This document shows, in pieces, positions 1-9,973 of a DNA stretch of 40,584 bases. The translations under genes were made by a program, and so were the position numbers. Below the pieces are notes generated by a model. That model saw only the letters and a program-made list of their open reading frames with translations, was not told the DNA's origin and ran no database searches. Origin of the DNA: an uncultured virus (IMG/VR IMGVR_UViG_3300021256_000060) (lineage: Duplodnaviria; Heunggongvirae; Uroviricota; Caudoviricetes). The stretch lies in IMG/VR virus record IMGVR_UViG_3300021256_000060; one strand, written 5' to 3'. Every line of letters begins with the position of its first letter. Position 1 is the stretch's first letter.

Positions 1-3000
1 TCTCTAGAGACTTAACAAACTTGGCAGAGATTAGACCATTCTCTTTTCTCTCACCAGTCTTATTACCATTAGCATCTACAATTTCTTCACCAAACATATA
101 ATCCATAAAGGATTTATTGTTAGATAAGAGAGATACAGCAGCACCAGCAGCTGCACCAAATAAAGGACCACCTAATGGGAATACAGTACCTAAGAGAGCA
201 CCAGCCATACCACCCTTCATCAGCTCAGGGGTATTATGAATAATATACTTCTTAGTCTCCTCTAAAGCTTTAGCAGGATCAGTACCTGTAGCTTGTAGAG
301 CAAACTGCTGCATACCATTAGCAATACCAGTCTGACGTGAGTAGTCTTGGTTAAGCATCTCTTCATTAGAATCAAGCTTACCCTCATACCCTCCAGCTCT
401 TATTGCTTTTTCAGCAAATCTCTGAAGATTTGGATTGTTTCTTATAGCAGGAGAATGCCATACGTATTGAAGAGCATTATTAAGCATTTCCTTATCATCA
501 GGAGTAAGGTCTAGCTTATTTATAAACCCTCCAGCTTTACCTCCAGCATAATCTGCTACAAGATCGATAGCTAGATTAGGATCTAATCCATATTTCTGCA
601 ATAGACTTTGAACAGGACTAATAGCACCAGCCAATTCATCTGGGGAGATCTTCTTAAATAAGTACGATACAAGATTCTCTTTACCCTCTGCAAATCCAGG
701 AAGGTTCTTACTATATCCATCTCCATTAGATCCACTTATTCTACTAGTGATTCTATTCCGTATTCTATTCTCATTCTGATAATCAGCCATAGGATTAGCA
801 CTCATTCGGCTAGGATTCCAAGGATTTTGATCAGATGGAATAACTACAGAATCATCATCAATAGTAGTAACACCACTCTTAGTGACATTAGTTGTTCCAC
901 TACCATCAGAATTGAATACAGCTTCTCCCTTAGATACTATTGCCGGAAATTGGCCAAATGCTCTACCAGGGATATTAGATTCTCCTTCAGCTTCAGGATT
1001 TTCTTCCTTATTCTGCTGATTGAATTTACCTTCTTTAATATCAGTATATGTACCCTTTATTGAGTTCTTTACATCATCAAGTATAGACTTAGCTGAATTT
1101 TTTGCATTGTTTCCAAAGAAGGATAGCTTATCTTTAGCCTTAGCAGCGAAGTCATCAATATCTAAGTTAAAATTGTCTTTAACAAAGCCTTTAGCTTGTC
1201 CCCACCACTTACCTTTATTATCATTAAGCTTATTAGCAATATCAGATACGGTCTCATTAAGAGTAAGACCAGCTTTATTCATCTCATACATGACTTTGCC
1301 AAAGAATCCCTTTACAGGTCTTCCTTGTGCGTCTAACTCATCAGTTTCGCGACCAAATAAGAGGTCATACATCATGTTATCAACAGAGCTTATGATACCA
1401 GTCATCATAGCTCTAGGAGATGCCAATAGCTTATTGATATTAGCGCTAATAACGCCCATTTTATTTCCAAGGGTGCCTGCAGCTGCTAACTGCTTCAAGA
1501 AACTATCTTTAGGATTAGCTCCATAGCTTTTCAATTTCTGGTTCAGTTCTTTTTCACTAAGATCAGAACCCAAAATAGAATCAGCTATGCTATGTTCCAT
1601 GTCATAATTGTTTTCTCTGGCTTCTTTTTGAGATTTATCATATAAACGAGATAGCTCTACTCTATATTTATTAGCAGCATCTTCATCGTTCATGATTCTA
1701 CCAATATCACCAGTCTGCATATCTAATCTAGTATTATTTTGGATACCGTATCTTTTACCTTCAGATACCCAATATGCATCGTTCATGACATTGGCGCCTT
1801 CGGCAGTATAATGACGTTCAAGAATCATTCTTTCTAGATCTGTCAAACCATCAGGGTCTGGATCATCATCGGACCCGCCAGATTCTCCGTCATTTCCTTC
1901 TCCAGAGTTTCCTCCGTCTCCGCCGCCATTATTAGGACCACTATATCTTTTTCCCTTTTTGTGTTTGTATTTTCTAGGCTGCCCTAGATATCTACTATCT
2001 CTAATCTGGCATAATACTTCGTATATTTTAGGCTGCCAATCTAATAGAGACATATTGGCATTAGCTAAAGGAGTCCCAATAGGGGCTGTTCTTCGAATTC
2101 CTCCCTTTACTGTTGTATTAGGAGTATAATCTGCTCCAAAATTTTTTAGCATCTTTTGAATGCTAGCTACACCTTGTTTATCACCTACAGATGCTGCTTG
2201 TCGCATTAACATTTGCAAGTCATCATACAATCCGGCCTGTCTAGATGATAAATCTGTATTCGTAGCTACAAACTCATCTGCCTCATTAAGATTACCGCTA
2301 GAACGTCTTTGAGCTTGAGCAAACTTAGAGTTTATAATTTTGCTATTAGTTCCTAAAACTATACTTCTAACTCGAGGGTCCGTATCAGCTTTTTTGATAA
2401 GATCATACAGTATATTTACTACATTCTGATTCTTACCATATACATTATTAGCATTATTGAGAATATCCTTAAATCCAGATTCTTCTCCCATTCCTAAACC
2501 AAGTCCACCTTGCTTTTGTACACCTAAAGCAAAGTCCTTAATAGCATCACTTAGCTCAGAAATCTTTTTTGCCGCATCAGGGTCTTTATCATTTATATTT
2601 AAAGTGGAAAATAGTGTTTGCTTCAGATATTTCTGCAATTCTGCAGTGTTCTCGTCAGCTAACACTTGTTCTTGCATACGGTATCTCTTTTTCATCATAC
2701 CAGCAGTAGTCCACTTACCACTCTCAGTAGAGAAGTATCTAGCGTCTCCTCCCTTGAGTGCAGATTCGATATTAGCTAAATAACTTGGGATAACTTTGGT
2801 TAAGAAATGATGATCTTCACCATCCCATTGCCTGGGTCCTTTGAGCATATTGCTCAAATTTACACTACGAGCTTGTATACCCTGAGATTGGATACCGAAA
2901 ATCTTTCCAATATCTCCAAAGATACTATTACTAGAGTTTCCCCAATTAGCAAGTTTAGCCAGACCAGTTTGCAAATAACCAGTTATGTTTTTATCAAAAT

Positions 3001-4015
3001 TACCCATGGTTTGCCTTAGGTTGGTACCTAATAGACCTCCCATGATTTTCTTAGATACGTAATGAACCGGGTTAGACACGATCTCACTAATTGCCATTCC
3101 TACTAGCGGTAGCATTTTTAGCATATCATTAAGATCAGTTTGCTGGAAATTGCTTTTAACAATATCTATATATGATTTCAGATCAAAACCATTATCTGCA
3201 AATGGATTCTTTGGACCACCTTCTCCACCAGTATCTCTCTTAAATTGAGCTCTCTTCATTTCAATGAACTCTTTTAAGATAGCATTATTCTCACTGGTTA
3301 GTCTATGCATCTCAGTATAATATTGCTGGCTATTCTTTGCATGTTGCAAGATAACTTCTTGGTTAAACTGCATTATATTATTAAACCCTTCAGTTATCTT
3401 ATCAAATCCTTGAATTACTATACTACTATGCTTTTGCAGTAATCTATTCTGTATATTAGCAATAGTACGCTGAGTAGTCATTTGGGCTTCAGCAATTTTT
3501 GTCTGAGCATCTACAGTAGCATTGGTTGCTCTTCTCTGCTCTCTAGCCATAGTGGTAGCTACTACAGCATCTCCTGTAGTTATAGTAGTCTCAGGCTTGA
3601 CAGGCAAATCTTCCATTTCTTCTGGAGTTAATTCATCATCTCCATTAAGAAGATCCATCAAATCTTCCATACCCTCTTCGGCTAATAGAGATCTCATCAT
3701 GTCCTGAGCACCCTGCTCTTCGGCTTTAGCAGCTCTGTCAGGATGATAGAAATTACCAGACTTAAGGTCAGACTTTAGATTCTTAATCAACTGATTAGCA
3801 GGTTTGAAGAGATAGGTATCTTGCATATCTCTTATTTTTTGCATGTGCGTCTTAGTCTGCGTAATATCTTTAAATAGCTCTTTGGCGGTCTGAGCATTGT
3901 TTTCTACAATAGAGCTGCTTATTGGCATGGTCTCTTTAATAGCATCAAAAGCTCCATATGCCATAGATCTACCAACTCTTTTAGTGTATTCTAAAATGGA
4001 TGGCATTTTAGCCAT
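1..4015 (-). CDS. Large virion protein, tape-measure-like (5' part only; runs off the window start)
   Basis: Not in the ORF track. ATG at 4015-4013 with RBS AAAGGAGGGTG; reads MAKMPSILEYTKRVGRSMAYGAFDAIKETMP...; the stretches I translated near both ends are open in this frame (about 1338 codons in total). Helical, with the Gly/Ala motif GGPLFGAAAGAAVSLLSNNKSFMDYMFG typical of jumbo-phage tape measures. Late-type promoter upstream. Confidence 0.75.
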   Translation of the reverse strand, partial: MAKMPSILEYTKRVGRSMAYGAFDAIKETMPISSSIVENNAQTAKELFKDITQTKTHMQKIRDMQDTYLFKPANQLIKNLKSDLKSGNFYHPDRAAKAEEQGAQDMMRSLLAEEGMEDLMDLLNGDDELTPEEMEDLPVKPETTITTGDAVVATTMAREQRRATNATVDAQTKIAEAQMTTQRTIANIQNRLLQKHSSIVIQGFDKITEGFNNIMQFNQEVILQHAKNSQQYYTEMHRLTSENNAILKEFIEMKRAQFKRDTGGEGGPKNPFADNGFDLKSYIDIVKSNFQQTDLNDMLKMLPLVGMAISEIVSNPVHYVSKKIMGGLLGTNLRQTMGNFDKNITGYLQTGLAKLANWGNSSNSIFGDIGKIFGIQSQGIQARSVNLSNMLKGPRQWDGEDHHFLTKVIPSYLANIESALKGGDARYFSTESGKWTTAGMMKKRYRMQEQVLADENTAELQKYLKQTLFSTLNINDKDPDAAKKISELSDAIKDFALGVQKQGGLGLGMGEESGFKDILNNANNVYGKNQNVVNILYDLIKKADTDPRVRSIVLGTNSKIINSKFAQAQRRSSGNLNEADEFVATNTDLSSRQAGLYDDLQMLMRQAASVGDKQGVASIQKMLKNFGADYTPNTTVKGGIRRTAPIGTPLANANMSLLDWQPKIYEVLCQIRDSRYLGQPRKYKHKKGKRYSGPNNGGGDGGNSGEGNDGESGGSDDDPDPDGLTDLERMILERHYTAEGANVMNDAYWVSEGKRYGIQNNTRLDMQTGDIGRIMNDEDAANKYRVELSRLYDKSQKEARENNYDMEHSIADSILGSDLSEKELNQKLKSYGANPKDSFLKQLAAAGTLGNKMGVISANINKLLASPRAMMTGIISSVDNMMYDLLFGRETDELDAQGRPVKGFFGKVMYEMNKAGLTLNETVSDIANKLNDNKGKWWGQAKGFVKDNFNLDIDDFAAKAKDKLSFFGNNAKNSAKSILDDVKNSIKGTYTDIKEGKFNQQNKEENPEAEGESNIPGRAFGQFPAIVSKGEAVFNSDGSGTTNVTKSGVTTIDDDSVVIPSDQNPWNPSRMSANPMADYQNENRIRNRITSRISGSNGDGYSKNLPGFAEGKENLVSYLFKKISPDELAGAISPVQSLLQKYGLDPNLAIDLVADYAGGKAGGFINKLDLTPDDKEMLNNALQYVWHSPAIRNNPNLQRFAEKAIRAGGYEGKLDSNEEMLNQDYSRQTGIANGMQQFALQATGTDPAKALEETKKYIIHNTPELMKGGMAGALLGTVFPLGGPLFGAAAGAAVSLLSNNKSFMDYMFGEEIVDANGNKTGERKENGLISAKFVKSLE

Positions 4016-4042
4016 ATTTAATCACCCTCCTTTCGTCTCAAT

Positions 4043-4054
4043 TATAGCTATGTC
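4043..4054 (-). promoter_or_regulatory. Putative late phage promoter GACA-N6-TA
   Basis: GACA-tagcta-TA just upstream of the RBS; the same spacing recurs before several other genes and resembles the AR9 late consensus AACA-N6-TA. Confidence 0.6.
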
Positions 4055-4062
4055 GAGGCAGT

Positions 4063-4095
4063 AAAATCTCCCTAGGACCTTAAATCCTAGGGAGA
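4063..4095 (-). terminator. Intrinsic terminator
   Basis: 11-bp stem TCTCCCTAGGA/TCCTAGGGAGA followed by TTTT on the minus strand, downstream of 4110..4724. Confidence 0.7.
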
Positions 4096-4109
4096 AAAGG
4101 AGTGTATAT

Positions 4110-4724
4110 TTAATGAATTACAAACCAGCAAAAAATAATGCCAGTACCAACACCTCCGCAGAAATAAATAAGTCTATGATATTCTACAGCAAAATCTAAA
4201 TCCTTTTTGCTATAAATAGGCTTATCAGGATCTGCATCTAAGATCTCATCTAACTCATCATCAATCTGATTGTTGCTCTCTTCCGTTTTCTTCTCGTTCT
4301 CCATCTCTTGAGCCCCTAGAGATTCTGACTTCTTCGATTCTCCAGGGGCATTCAGATTTGGGTTATCAGCCTCTAGTTCTAAGGTTATATGGGTATCATT
4401 GGTACCCTCGCCTATTTCCTTAATAGCGTTAGATAGATTCTGTAATCTTACAGCAGTCCAACCAGAATGGTCTAAAATATATTTGATTCTCTGATAATAA
4501 GCATCAGTTTCCTCGTGTATGTTTTGGGCCTGACATACTGCATTGGTGATAGCCTCATTAGCTTGGTTGATCTGCATTATAGCTTGAGCTATTCGTGCTT
4601 CTATTACTGGTACGTTTAATCTCTTTAACTTCTTATCAAAGTCCATGACTTTCTTAATCAGCATAAGAGATATTACTGACAGAAATATCACCATTATCCA
4701 TACAGAATCAATGGTTATTTCCAT
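4110..4724 (-). CDS. Hypothetical membrane protein (N- and C-terminal hydrophobic segments, coiled coil, acidic linker)
   Basis: 204-aa ORF with RBS GAGGTG; hydrophobic VWIMVIFLSVISLMLI and LIYFCGGVGTGIIFCWFVI. Confidence 0.75.
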   Translation of the reverse strand: MEITIDSVWIMVIFLSVISLMLIKKVMDFDKKLKRLNVPVIEARIAQAIMQINQANEAITNAVCQAQNIHEETDAYYQRIKYILDHSGWTAVRLQNLSNAIKEIGEGTNDTHITLELEADNPNLNAPGESKKSESLGAQEMENEKKTEESNNQIDDELDEILDADPDKPIYSKKDLDFAVEYHRLIYFCGGVGTGIIFCWFVIH

Positions 4725-4735
4725 AATAAATCACC

Positions 4736-6262
4736 TCACAGATTAGGACCGCCAACATTGTTTACTATGATCATCTGTTTTACAGGAGCTGGAGTATACT
4801 TAGCTGGTTGGACTTTAGGAGTCTTGTCAAGAACCAATGTCTTCTTAGCCTTAGGAGTAGTCTTACCAGCTATGATAACTTCTGAGCTAGAGTTCATACC
4901 TCTCTCTTCCAAGAACTTACGTTTAGCTGCATCTCCTACGAAAGCAGTATCTGGGAGGGTTATATTTACATGGTCAGATCTGCATCCCAAATTGGTAGCA
5001 GATTCTGGTTGATACGGTTCATCTAGAACAGTGACTTCGAATGTCTTATAGTTGTATACTACATTCTCTATCATAAGAGTATAAGCAGCACGATTAAGAA
5101 GAATATCGTCGTGGTGATCATTTATATTGATATAACGATGTACTCCTTTGTGAGTGATATTAAATTGAGCTTCAGTATCGCCTTTAGAGATAGAACAATT
5201 AGCTCTAGTCCGTAATTTCTCCATCTCAATATTCTTCTCAATCTCACCTGAGCTGAGGGATACAGCTTGAGTAGGTTTAGCAACCTTCTTCTCAACTACT
5301 TTAGCCGATTCTTTCTTTTCATTAATAAACCTAGGCTCTATCTTTGATTTAGGATCAAACTTAGGAAGTTCCGCTACTTCAGGCTTAGTCGATTCAAAGT
5401 ACTCCTCTCTAGTCATCGGTTTAGAGGCCTCATTATCTTCAGCAGACTTGGTACTCTCTAGAATCTCCTCTTTAGTCATCTTTCTAATATAATCATCAGG
5501 ATCGTATTTGATTGCGACTAGTTTTGGTTCTTCTTGAACTTGATCGAACTTATATTCAGGATTGTGTCTTTCCGTAGAAATAATAGGAGGAAGTTTCGAT
5601 TTCTCTTTTACTTCCTCGACTTTTTCCTTCTCCGGTTTAACCACCAGTTTACTAGTCTCGTTGGAATTATCTTGTCTAGAATCGACGCCGTTATTATGTG
5701 TCGTAGCTCGATCCCTTCCATCTTCAACCAATATATCATGATTGTTGTCATTTGTCTTGGAGACACTATTCTGTACTCTTCCGTAAGGGCTCCCATTTTT
5801 GATAGTTGCGCTTTGGCTATTAGTGGCTTCATGCCAAAATCTGCTTTGCTTTTCAACTAGATCCCTCGCTTTCCACTTGTTTGAGATCAATCTCTCAATA
5901 TATTTTCTCTTACTCATCGAGAGGGAAATAAAGGTTACTCTGAATTGGTAACTAAGTGTACCATCTTTACGGTTGATAAATATCTTCCAACCAAAAGCCA
6001 GAGAATCATCTGTGAGGAATCCTACTTCTTTAGCAGATATAGAGAAGGAGAGAGTATTTGGATATAACTCATTATGCGGAGAAGGGATATTCTCATTGAT
6101 AACTTTAGTCATGTGAGTAACTACATTATCATATGCTGGAACTATACCTCCATATACCTCTAATTCAGGAATTATTTTTATTAATTCCTCATATCCATTA
6201 GGAAAGTTATCGAACTCCTTTATATAAGTAAAGGTAGGATTTTTCTCTCTTTTATTACCCAT
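4736..6262 (-). CDS. Hypothetical protein (globular ends, K/E-rich low-complexity middle)
   Basis: 508-aa ORF with RBS AAAGGAG; internal short duplication KMTKEEILESTK / PMTREEYFESTK. Confidence 0.8.
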   Translation of the reverse strand: MGNKREKNPTFTYIKEFDNFPNGYEELIKIIPELEVYGGIVPAYDNVVTHMTKVINENIPSPHNELYPNTLSFSISAKEVGFLTDDSLAFGWKIFINRKDGTLSYQFRVTFISLSMSKRKYIERLISNKWKARDLVEKQSRFWHEATNSQSATIKNGSPYGRVQNSVSKTNDNNHDILVEDGRDRATTHNNGVDSRQDNSNETSKLVVKPEKEKVEEVKEKSKLPPIISTERHNPEYKFDQVQEEPKLVAIKYDPDDYIRKMTKEEILESTKSAEDNEASKPMTREEYFESTKPEVAELPKFDPKSKIEPRFINEKKESAKVVEKKVAKPTQAVSLSSGEIEKNIEMEKLRTRANCSISKGDTEAQFNITHKGVHRYININDHHDDILLNRAAYTLMIENVVYNYKTFEVTVLDEPYQPESATNLGCRSDHVNITLPDTAFVGDAAKRKFLEERGMNSSSEVIIAGKTTPKAKKTLVLDKTPKVQPAKYTPAPVKQMIIVNNVGGPNL

Positions 6263-6288
6263 TACAGATCTGTCTCCTTTCAGCCTGT

Positions 6289-7686
6289 TTATTTTAAATT
6301 TTCGTTCTGTTGAATTAGCTTTCCAGCATCTTCAAGATTATCTACTTTGATAGGTTCTGGGTTGACAACAACCTCTTCATCTACATTGTCTATATCTACT
6401 TCAAACATCAACGGGTCTGTATCTTTTTTCGGAATATCACCGCGCCGGGCATCTGCTGCGTAATTGATGAACTTCTCTCTGTCCTCGTCATTATGTATAA
6501 CCAGGTCCATAGTCTCATTAGCTACTAAACGAATCTCTTTCTGAGCTGATGAATGACAACGGAGCTGTAAGAACTTTGCCCAGTTAGTATAGGTCATAGT
6601 CATAAGCAGTTGAGTAGTTACATTACTAGGCAACCATGCTCTAGCATCTTCTTTGGTTATCTTATTACTGATTAGATATTTATACATAATGAAGGGATCA
6701 TTCTCTTTAATCTTCTCACGTACGTATCCAAAATAAGGATGATCTTTATAACGTTCACTATAGTTCATGATTATAGGATCTACAAAGTCTACCTTCTTAT
6801 TATAATCATGAGTTACATAGCGTTGACTCTCTTGAGAAATACCATTGCGATGACGAACCAGCTGATGAGAACATGTACGGCTGATATCATGGAAATGGAA
6901 AGTAAGAGTAGCTACCTTGTAGGTATCATTCAAACCAAATCCATATTCATATAGAATATCTCTAATCTTCTTAAGAGGAGATTGATAAACGAGATCTACT
7001 CGTTCTCCTTCTATCTCTTCTGGATCAGTGTACTCACATTCAGCAGTATAATTATCAGTACTATCTTTAGACTCTCTAGGATTCTTAACCTGAGTAATTT
7101 CATCCTTAGTGAGTTTTATATCTCCATCTCCTAAATAAGTACACTTATCTTCTGCTAAGTAACAGTGTTCAATAGCACTAATGAGGAAGCACTTCTCATA
7201 AGTATGATACATTGCCTCTTCAATCCAAGGGAGGAATCGATTATCATATTTTACTTCTCTTAAGAGATGCAGCCAAGCTCGTGCACTACCACCAATAAGG
7301 AGTGCTGTTGCATCCACACTCTCTCTAACAGATACATTGCAGTATTTAGCCTGAGCAAGGATATCAGCGAAGTCTGCAGGATATAGAGAGATATTATGAT
7401 TAGGAATAGAGAGGATAACAATAGCATTGGTGTGTTCCATTACCGATTCGTGTCCTCTACGAGCTACCTTCTCAATATATTTCATTCTAGCTTCATTATC
7501 ACCTTCTATTGGAAGTTTACCAATGCAAATTCTAGCCCCTCTATTGGCTAGATATACATTTGGGTTTACATGCACCACTCTTAGCATATCGTCATGATAT
7601 GGAATAAAAGTATCTTCCACAGGCTTAATAGTAGTAGTATTAGAACTACCAAAAATTTTGTTCATTAGATCTTTTAAGATACCCAT
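6289..7686 (-). CDS. thyX: FAD-dependent thymidylate synthase, long form
   Basis: Motifs RGHESVMEH, ISRTCSHQLVRHRNGISQESQRYV, KEDARAWLP and FLQLRCHSSAQKEIR. Start moved to the ATG at 7686, which has RBS AAGGAG 8 nt upstream. Confidence 0.93.
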   Translation of the reverse strand: MGILKDLMNKIFGSSNTTTIKPVEDTFIPYHDDMLRVVHVNPNVYLANRGARICIGKLPIEGDNEARMKYIEKVARRGHESVMEHTNAIVILSIPNHNISLYPADFADILAQAKYCNVSVRESVDATALLIGGSARAWLHLLREVKYDNRFLPWIEEAMYHTYEKCFLISAIEHCYLAEDKCTYLGDGDIKLTKDEITQVKNPRESKDSTDNYTAECEYTDPEEIEGERVDLVYQSPLKKIRDILYEYGFGLNDTYKVATLTFHFHDISRTCSHQLVRHRNGISQESQRYVTHDYNKKVDFVDPIIMNYSERYKDHPYFGYVREKIKENDPFIMYKYLISNKITKEDARAWLPSNVTTQLLMTMTYTNWAKFLQLRCHSSAQKEIRLVANETMDLVIHNDEDREKFINYAADARRGDIPKKDTDPLMFEVDIDNVDEEVVVNPEPIKVDNLEDAGKLIQQNENLK

Positions 7687-7727
7687 TGTCAACACTCCTT
7701 TGAGTATTATATAGAACCGTTTATATC

Positions 7728-7739
7728 TATTATCTTGTC
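7728..7739 (-). promoter_or_regulatory. Putative phage promoter GACA-N6-TA
   Basis: GACA-agataa-TA upstream of thyX. Confidence 0.5.
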
Positions 7740-7769
7740 AATTATAATAGAAAAAATAACAAGGGAGTC

Positions 7770-7801
7770 AAAAAAAATTTGGCCCACTAGGGGCCAAAAT
7801 T
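7770..7801 (-). terminator. Intrinsic terminator
   Basis: TTTGGCCC/GGGCCAAA stem with a long T-run on the minus strand. Confidence 0.7.
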
Positions 7802-7835
7802 ATTATAAACTGTTTTTCATATATATGTAGTAGTA

Positions 7836-8012
7836 TCAGTGTTTTACAATCTGATCAGCTACGAACTGGTACCCTTTGTATAACCCGTATAATCCTACAA
7901 TTGTAAAGGTGGCTATAATACCTCCTCTGGTCTCTGCATCTCTAATTTGCTGATGCATAGCTTCCTTGAGTTCCTGAGCATTCTGGATTCCGTTATAAGT
8001 TTTCTGGCACAT
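7836..8012 (-). CDS. Small membrane protein, 58 aa (below the ORF-track cutoff)
   Basis: MCQKTYNGIQNAQELKEAMHQQIRDAETRGGIIATFTIVGLYGLYKGYQFVADQIVKH*; RBS AAAGGGG as in the neighbouring gene; one hydrophobic segment. Confidence 0.75.
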   Translation of the reverse strand: MCQKTYNGIQNAQELKEAMHQQIRDAETRGGIIATFTIVGLYGLYKGYQFVADQIVKH

Positions 8013-8028
8013 AAGTCATACCCCTTTC

Positions 8029-8280
8029 TTATTTGCTTTCTACGCTTTTCTTATTCTGGCTTTCAACGAATTCATCAACCATCTGGTCAACTTCTTTTGC
8101 TGCTTCAGCGTATAACTCATTTTTGGCTTCGTCCACTGCAGCACCAAATCGACCCATTGCCCAAATAGTAGCGACACCAGTAGCGATAATCAAACCAACT
8201 TTTACTATAATTTCTTTCCCAGAAGGTTCCGGAGCTACCTTGACAATTGGATTCTGAACTTTGTAATTGAACTTTAACAT
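8029..8280 (-). CDS. Small membrane protein
   Basis: 83 aa, RBS AAAGGGG, hydrophobic segment VGLIIATGVATIWAMG. Confidence 0.75.
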   Translation of the reverse strand: MLKFNYKVQNPIVKVAPEPSGKEIIVKVGLIIATGVATIWAMGRFGAAVDEAKNELYAEAAKEVDQMVDEFVESQNKKSVESK

Positions 8281-8300
8281 GATTAATTACCCCTTTCTAA

Positions 8301-8486
8301 TTATGCATTATTTTCTTTTGCTGGGAGAACTTTTGCCATTAAAAAGCTTCCTAACGCAGTACCAACGGCGCAGGCCATACCTGCAATGAAATTGTCTTTA
8401 GCAATAATGAACTCGGCTTTGGATTTCTTTCCACCAGGAAGATTGGCTTTGAACTTTTCCCACTTTGTCTCTTTTTTCCAGAACAT
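8301..8486 (-). CDS. Small membrane protein
   Basis: 61 aa, RBS AAGGAGGT, hydrophobic segment FIAGMACAVGTALGSFLMA. Confidence 0.75.
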   Translation of the reverse strand: MFWKKETKWEKFKANLPGGKKSKAEFIIAKDNFIAGMACAVGTALGSFLMAKVLPAKENNA

Positions 8487-8565
8487 GGTATTTACCTCCT
8501 TTAAGGTACCATTATAAGAGGATCATACTTATTTGACTAACATATGTGCTAATCTTATCCTCTTT

Positions 8566-8582
8566 TCACCTTAATAATATAC
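8566..8582 (-). promoter_or_regulatory. Putative early phage promoter TATAYTATW-N4-TGA
   Basis: GTATATTATT-aagg-TGAA; the same motif occurs at six other intergenic sites. Confidence 0.6.
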
Positions 8583-8614
8583 AACCATAAAAACACACTT
8601 TTACAAAATTTAAC

Positions 8615-8640
8615 GTAGGTAGACTTTTACGTCTACCTAC
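8615..8640. terminator. Terminator-like hairpin
   Basis: Perfect 10-bp stem GTAGGTAGAC/GTCTACCTAC downstream of the HAD gene. Confidence 0.6.
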
Positions 8641-8648
8641 CCTTATTT

Positions 8649-9035
8649 TTATGCTTCTCTATTTAGCCATTCTTCTATAGTATTCCAGTCTACTTTCCTA
8701 TCTATATGATTCCTCTCATCAATATATAGGTCAGCATATACTTTGCGTCCATTATCTCCCCATCTAGCGATAGTAGATTTATGGTCATAATTCACATAAT
8801 CTGGATAGAACCCAATACCTGCTAGTTCATTAACAGCTCTAGATAATGAGTCTCCTGATCTACAAGTCCATAGTATTACGGAACCTCCTCTTTTTTGGAA
8901 GTTCTTTAGAATACGTATAGCATTCATATCAAAGGTATAAGTTGTTTTAGAAGGATCGTCCTCGTTATTACCAAAGCATATGGTATCATCGAAATCCACT
9001 GCAATAAGATTTAGTTTATACTTCTTTCTAGGCAT
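8649..9035 (-). CDS. HAD-superfamily hydrolase (small capless type, BT0820-like)
   Basis: Motif I IAVDFDDTI, motif II ILWTCR, C-terminal RKVYADLYIDER; RBS GAGGAGG. Confidence 0.85.
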   Translation of the reverse strand: MPRKKYKLNLIAVDFDDTICFGNNEDDPSKTTYTFDMNAIRILKNFQKRGGSVILWTCRSGDSLSRAVNELAGIGFYPDYVNYDHKSTIARWGDNGRKVYADLYIDERNHIDRKVDWNTIEEWLNREA

Positions 9036-9080
9036 AGTAGTTCCCTCCTCTTATTATACTCTTTGATATGATGTCAATAA

Positions 9081-9266
9081 TTAATATCCATTTTTGGCAT
9101 TGTATCCATATATTTCTTGCTTCTTAAAGTATAGGTCTAATGATAATCTAATATCATCATCCGTTGGTCCAAGAACATTCCCATATTCAAGTAGGTTTTG
9201 GATTTTTTTCATTTTGTAATACACATATTTCTCTAACTCTTCTTTGGTCATTTTCTTTCTATTCAT
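9081..9266 (-). CDS. Hypothetical protein
   Basis: 61 aa, RBS AAGGAG, co-directional with neighbours. Confidence 0.65.
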   Translation of the reverse strand: MNRKKMTKEELEKYVYYKMKKIQNLLEYGNVLGPTDDDIRLSLDLYFKKQEIYGYNAKNGY

Positions 9267-9279
9267 ATCTTATACTCCT

Positions 9280-9573
9280 TTATACACAAGATTCATGGTA
9301 TGATGCCAACAATCTATTTGGTTGGAGCAAACAATGATCTTCAGAAAAGAAACTGTAGTTATATCTATTATGGAAGCTATATTCTCCATTAGAGATATAA
9401 TGGAATCTATTAATGCCACAATATAGATCTAGTATAACTAGTTTCTTTACCGTATTATTATCTAAATAGAACTTTATCTTCTCATTAGTCGTACGTTTAA
9501 CAGCCAGAGCGTAAGTATGACCTGTATAAGTACGTATACGCGTATTCTGTATTAGTCTTTTTCTATTATTCAT
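9280..9573 (-). CDS. Hypothetical protein, MNNR paralog family
   Basis: 97 aa, begins MNNRKR; RBS GAGGA. Confidence 0.7.
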   Translation of the reverse strand: MNNRKRLIQNTRIRTYTGHTYALAVKRTTNEKIKFYLDNNTVKKLVILDLYCGINRFHYISNGEYSFHNRYNYSFFSEDHCLLQPNRLLASYHESCV

Positions 9574-9649
9574 ATCTATTCCTCATAATAAAAAAATAAA
9601 GAAGGTTATTCGCCCTCTTATTTAGAATTGATCTATTTTATTATTAACG

Positions 9650-9925
9650 TCAAGATATGTCGATTATACTATATCGAAATTTTTTGTTCATCTTTACCCA
9701 TATAAATTCTAATTTATCTATTTCATAATTATATATTAATTTTTGTTTAGCATTAATCAAGTATTCACCATCACCTGTACTTTCATATGGAGTCCAATAT
9801 TTACTTTCTCTTAGTATTAGATCCAATATACCATTTCTTTCATCTCTCAATGGTCTTCTATATACAACTACATGTTTATATGGGACTATCATAGCCTTAA
9901 TTATATTACGTCCTCTATTATTCAT
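9650..9925 (-). CDS. Hypothetical protein, MNNR paralog family
   Basis: 91 aa, begins MNNRGRNIIKAM; RBS AGGAG. Confidence 0.7.
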   Translation of the reverse strand: MNNRGRNIIKAMIVPYKHVVVYRRPLRDERNGILDLILRESKYWTPYESTGDGEYLINAKQKLIYNYEIDKLEFIWVKMNKKFRYSIIDIS

Positions 9926-9973
9926 ATCTATTCTCCTAAATAAAAATAAAGAGGGTAATTAACCCTCTTTATC

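Noticed and set aside
827..3707. Plus-strand ORFs in the first 4 kb
   Set aside because: Antisense shadows of the long minus-strand tape-measure-like gene, which the track missed because it has no stop in the window.
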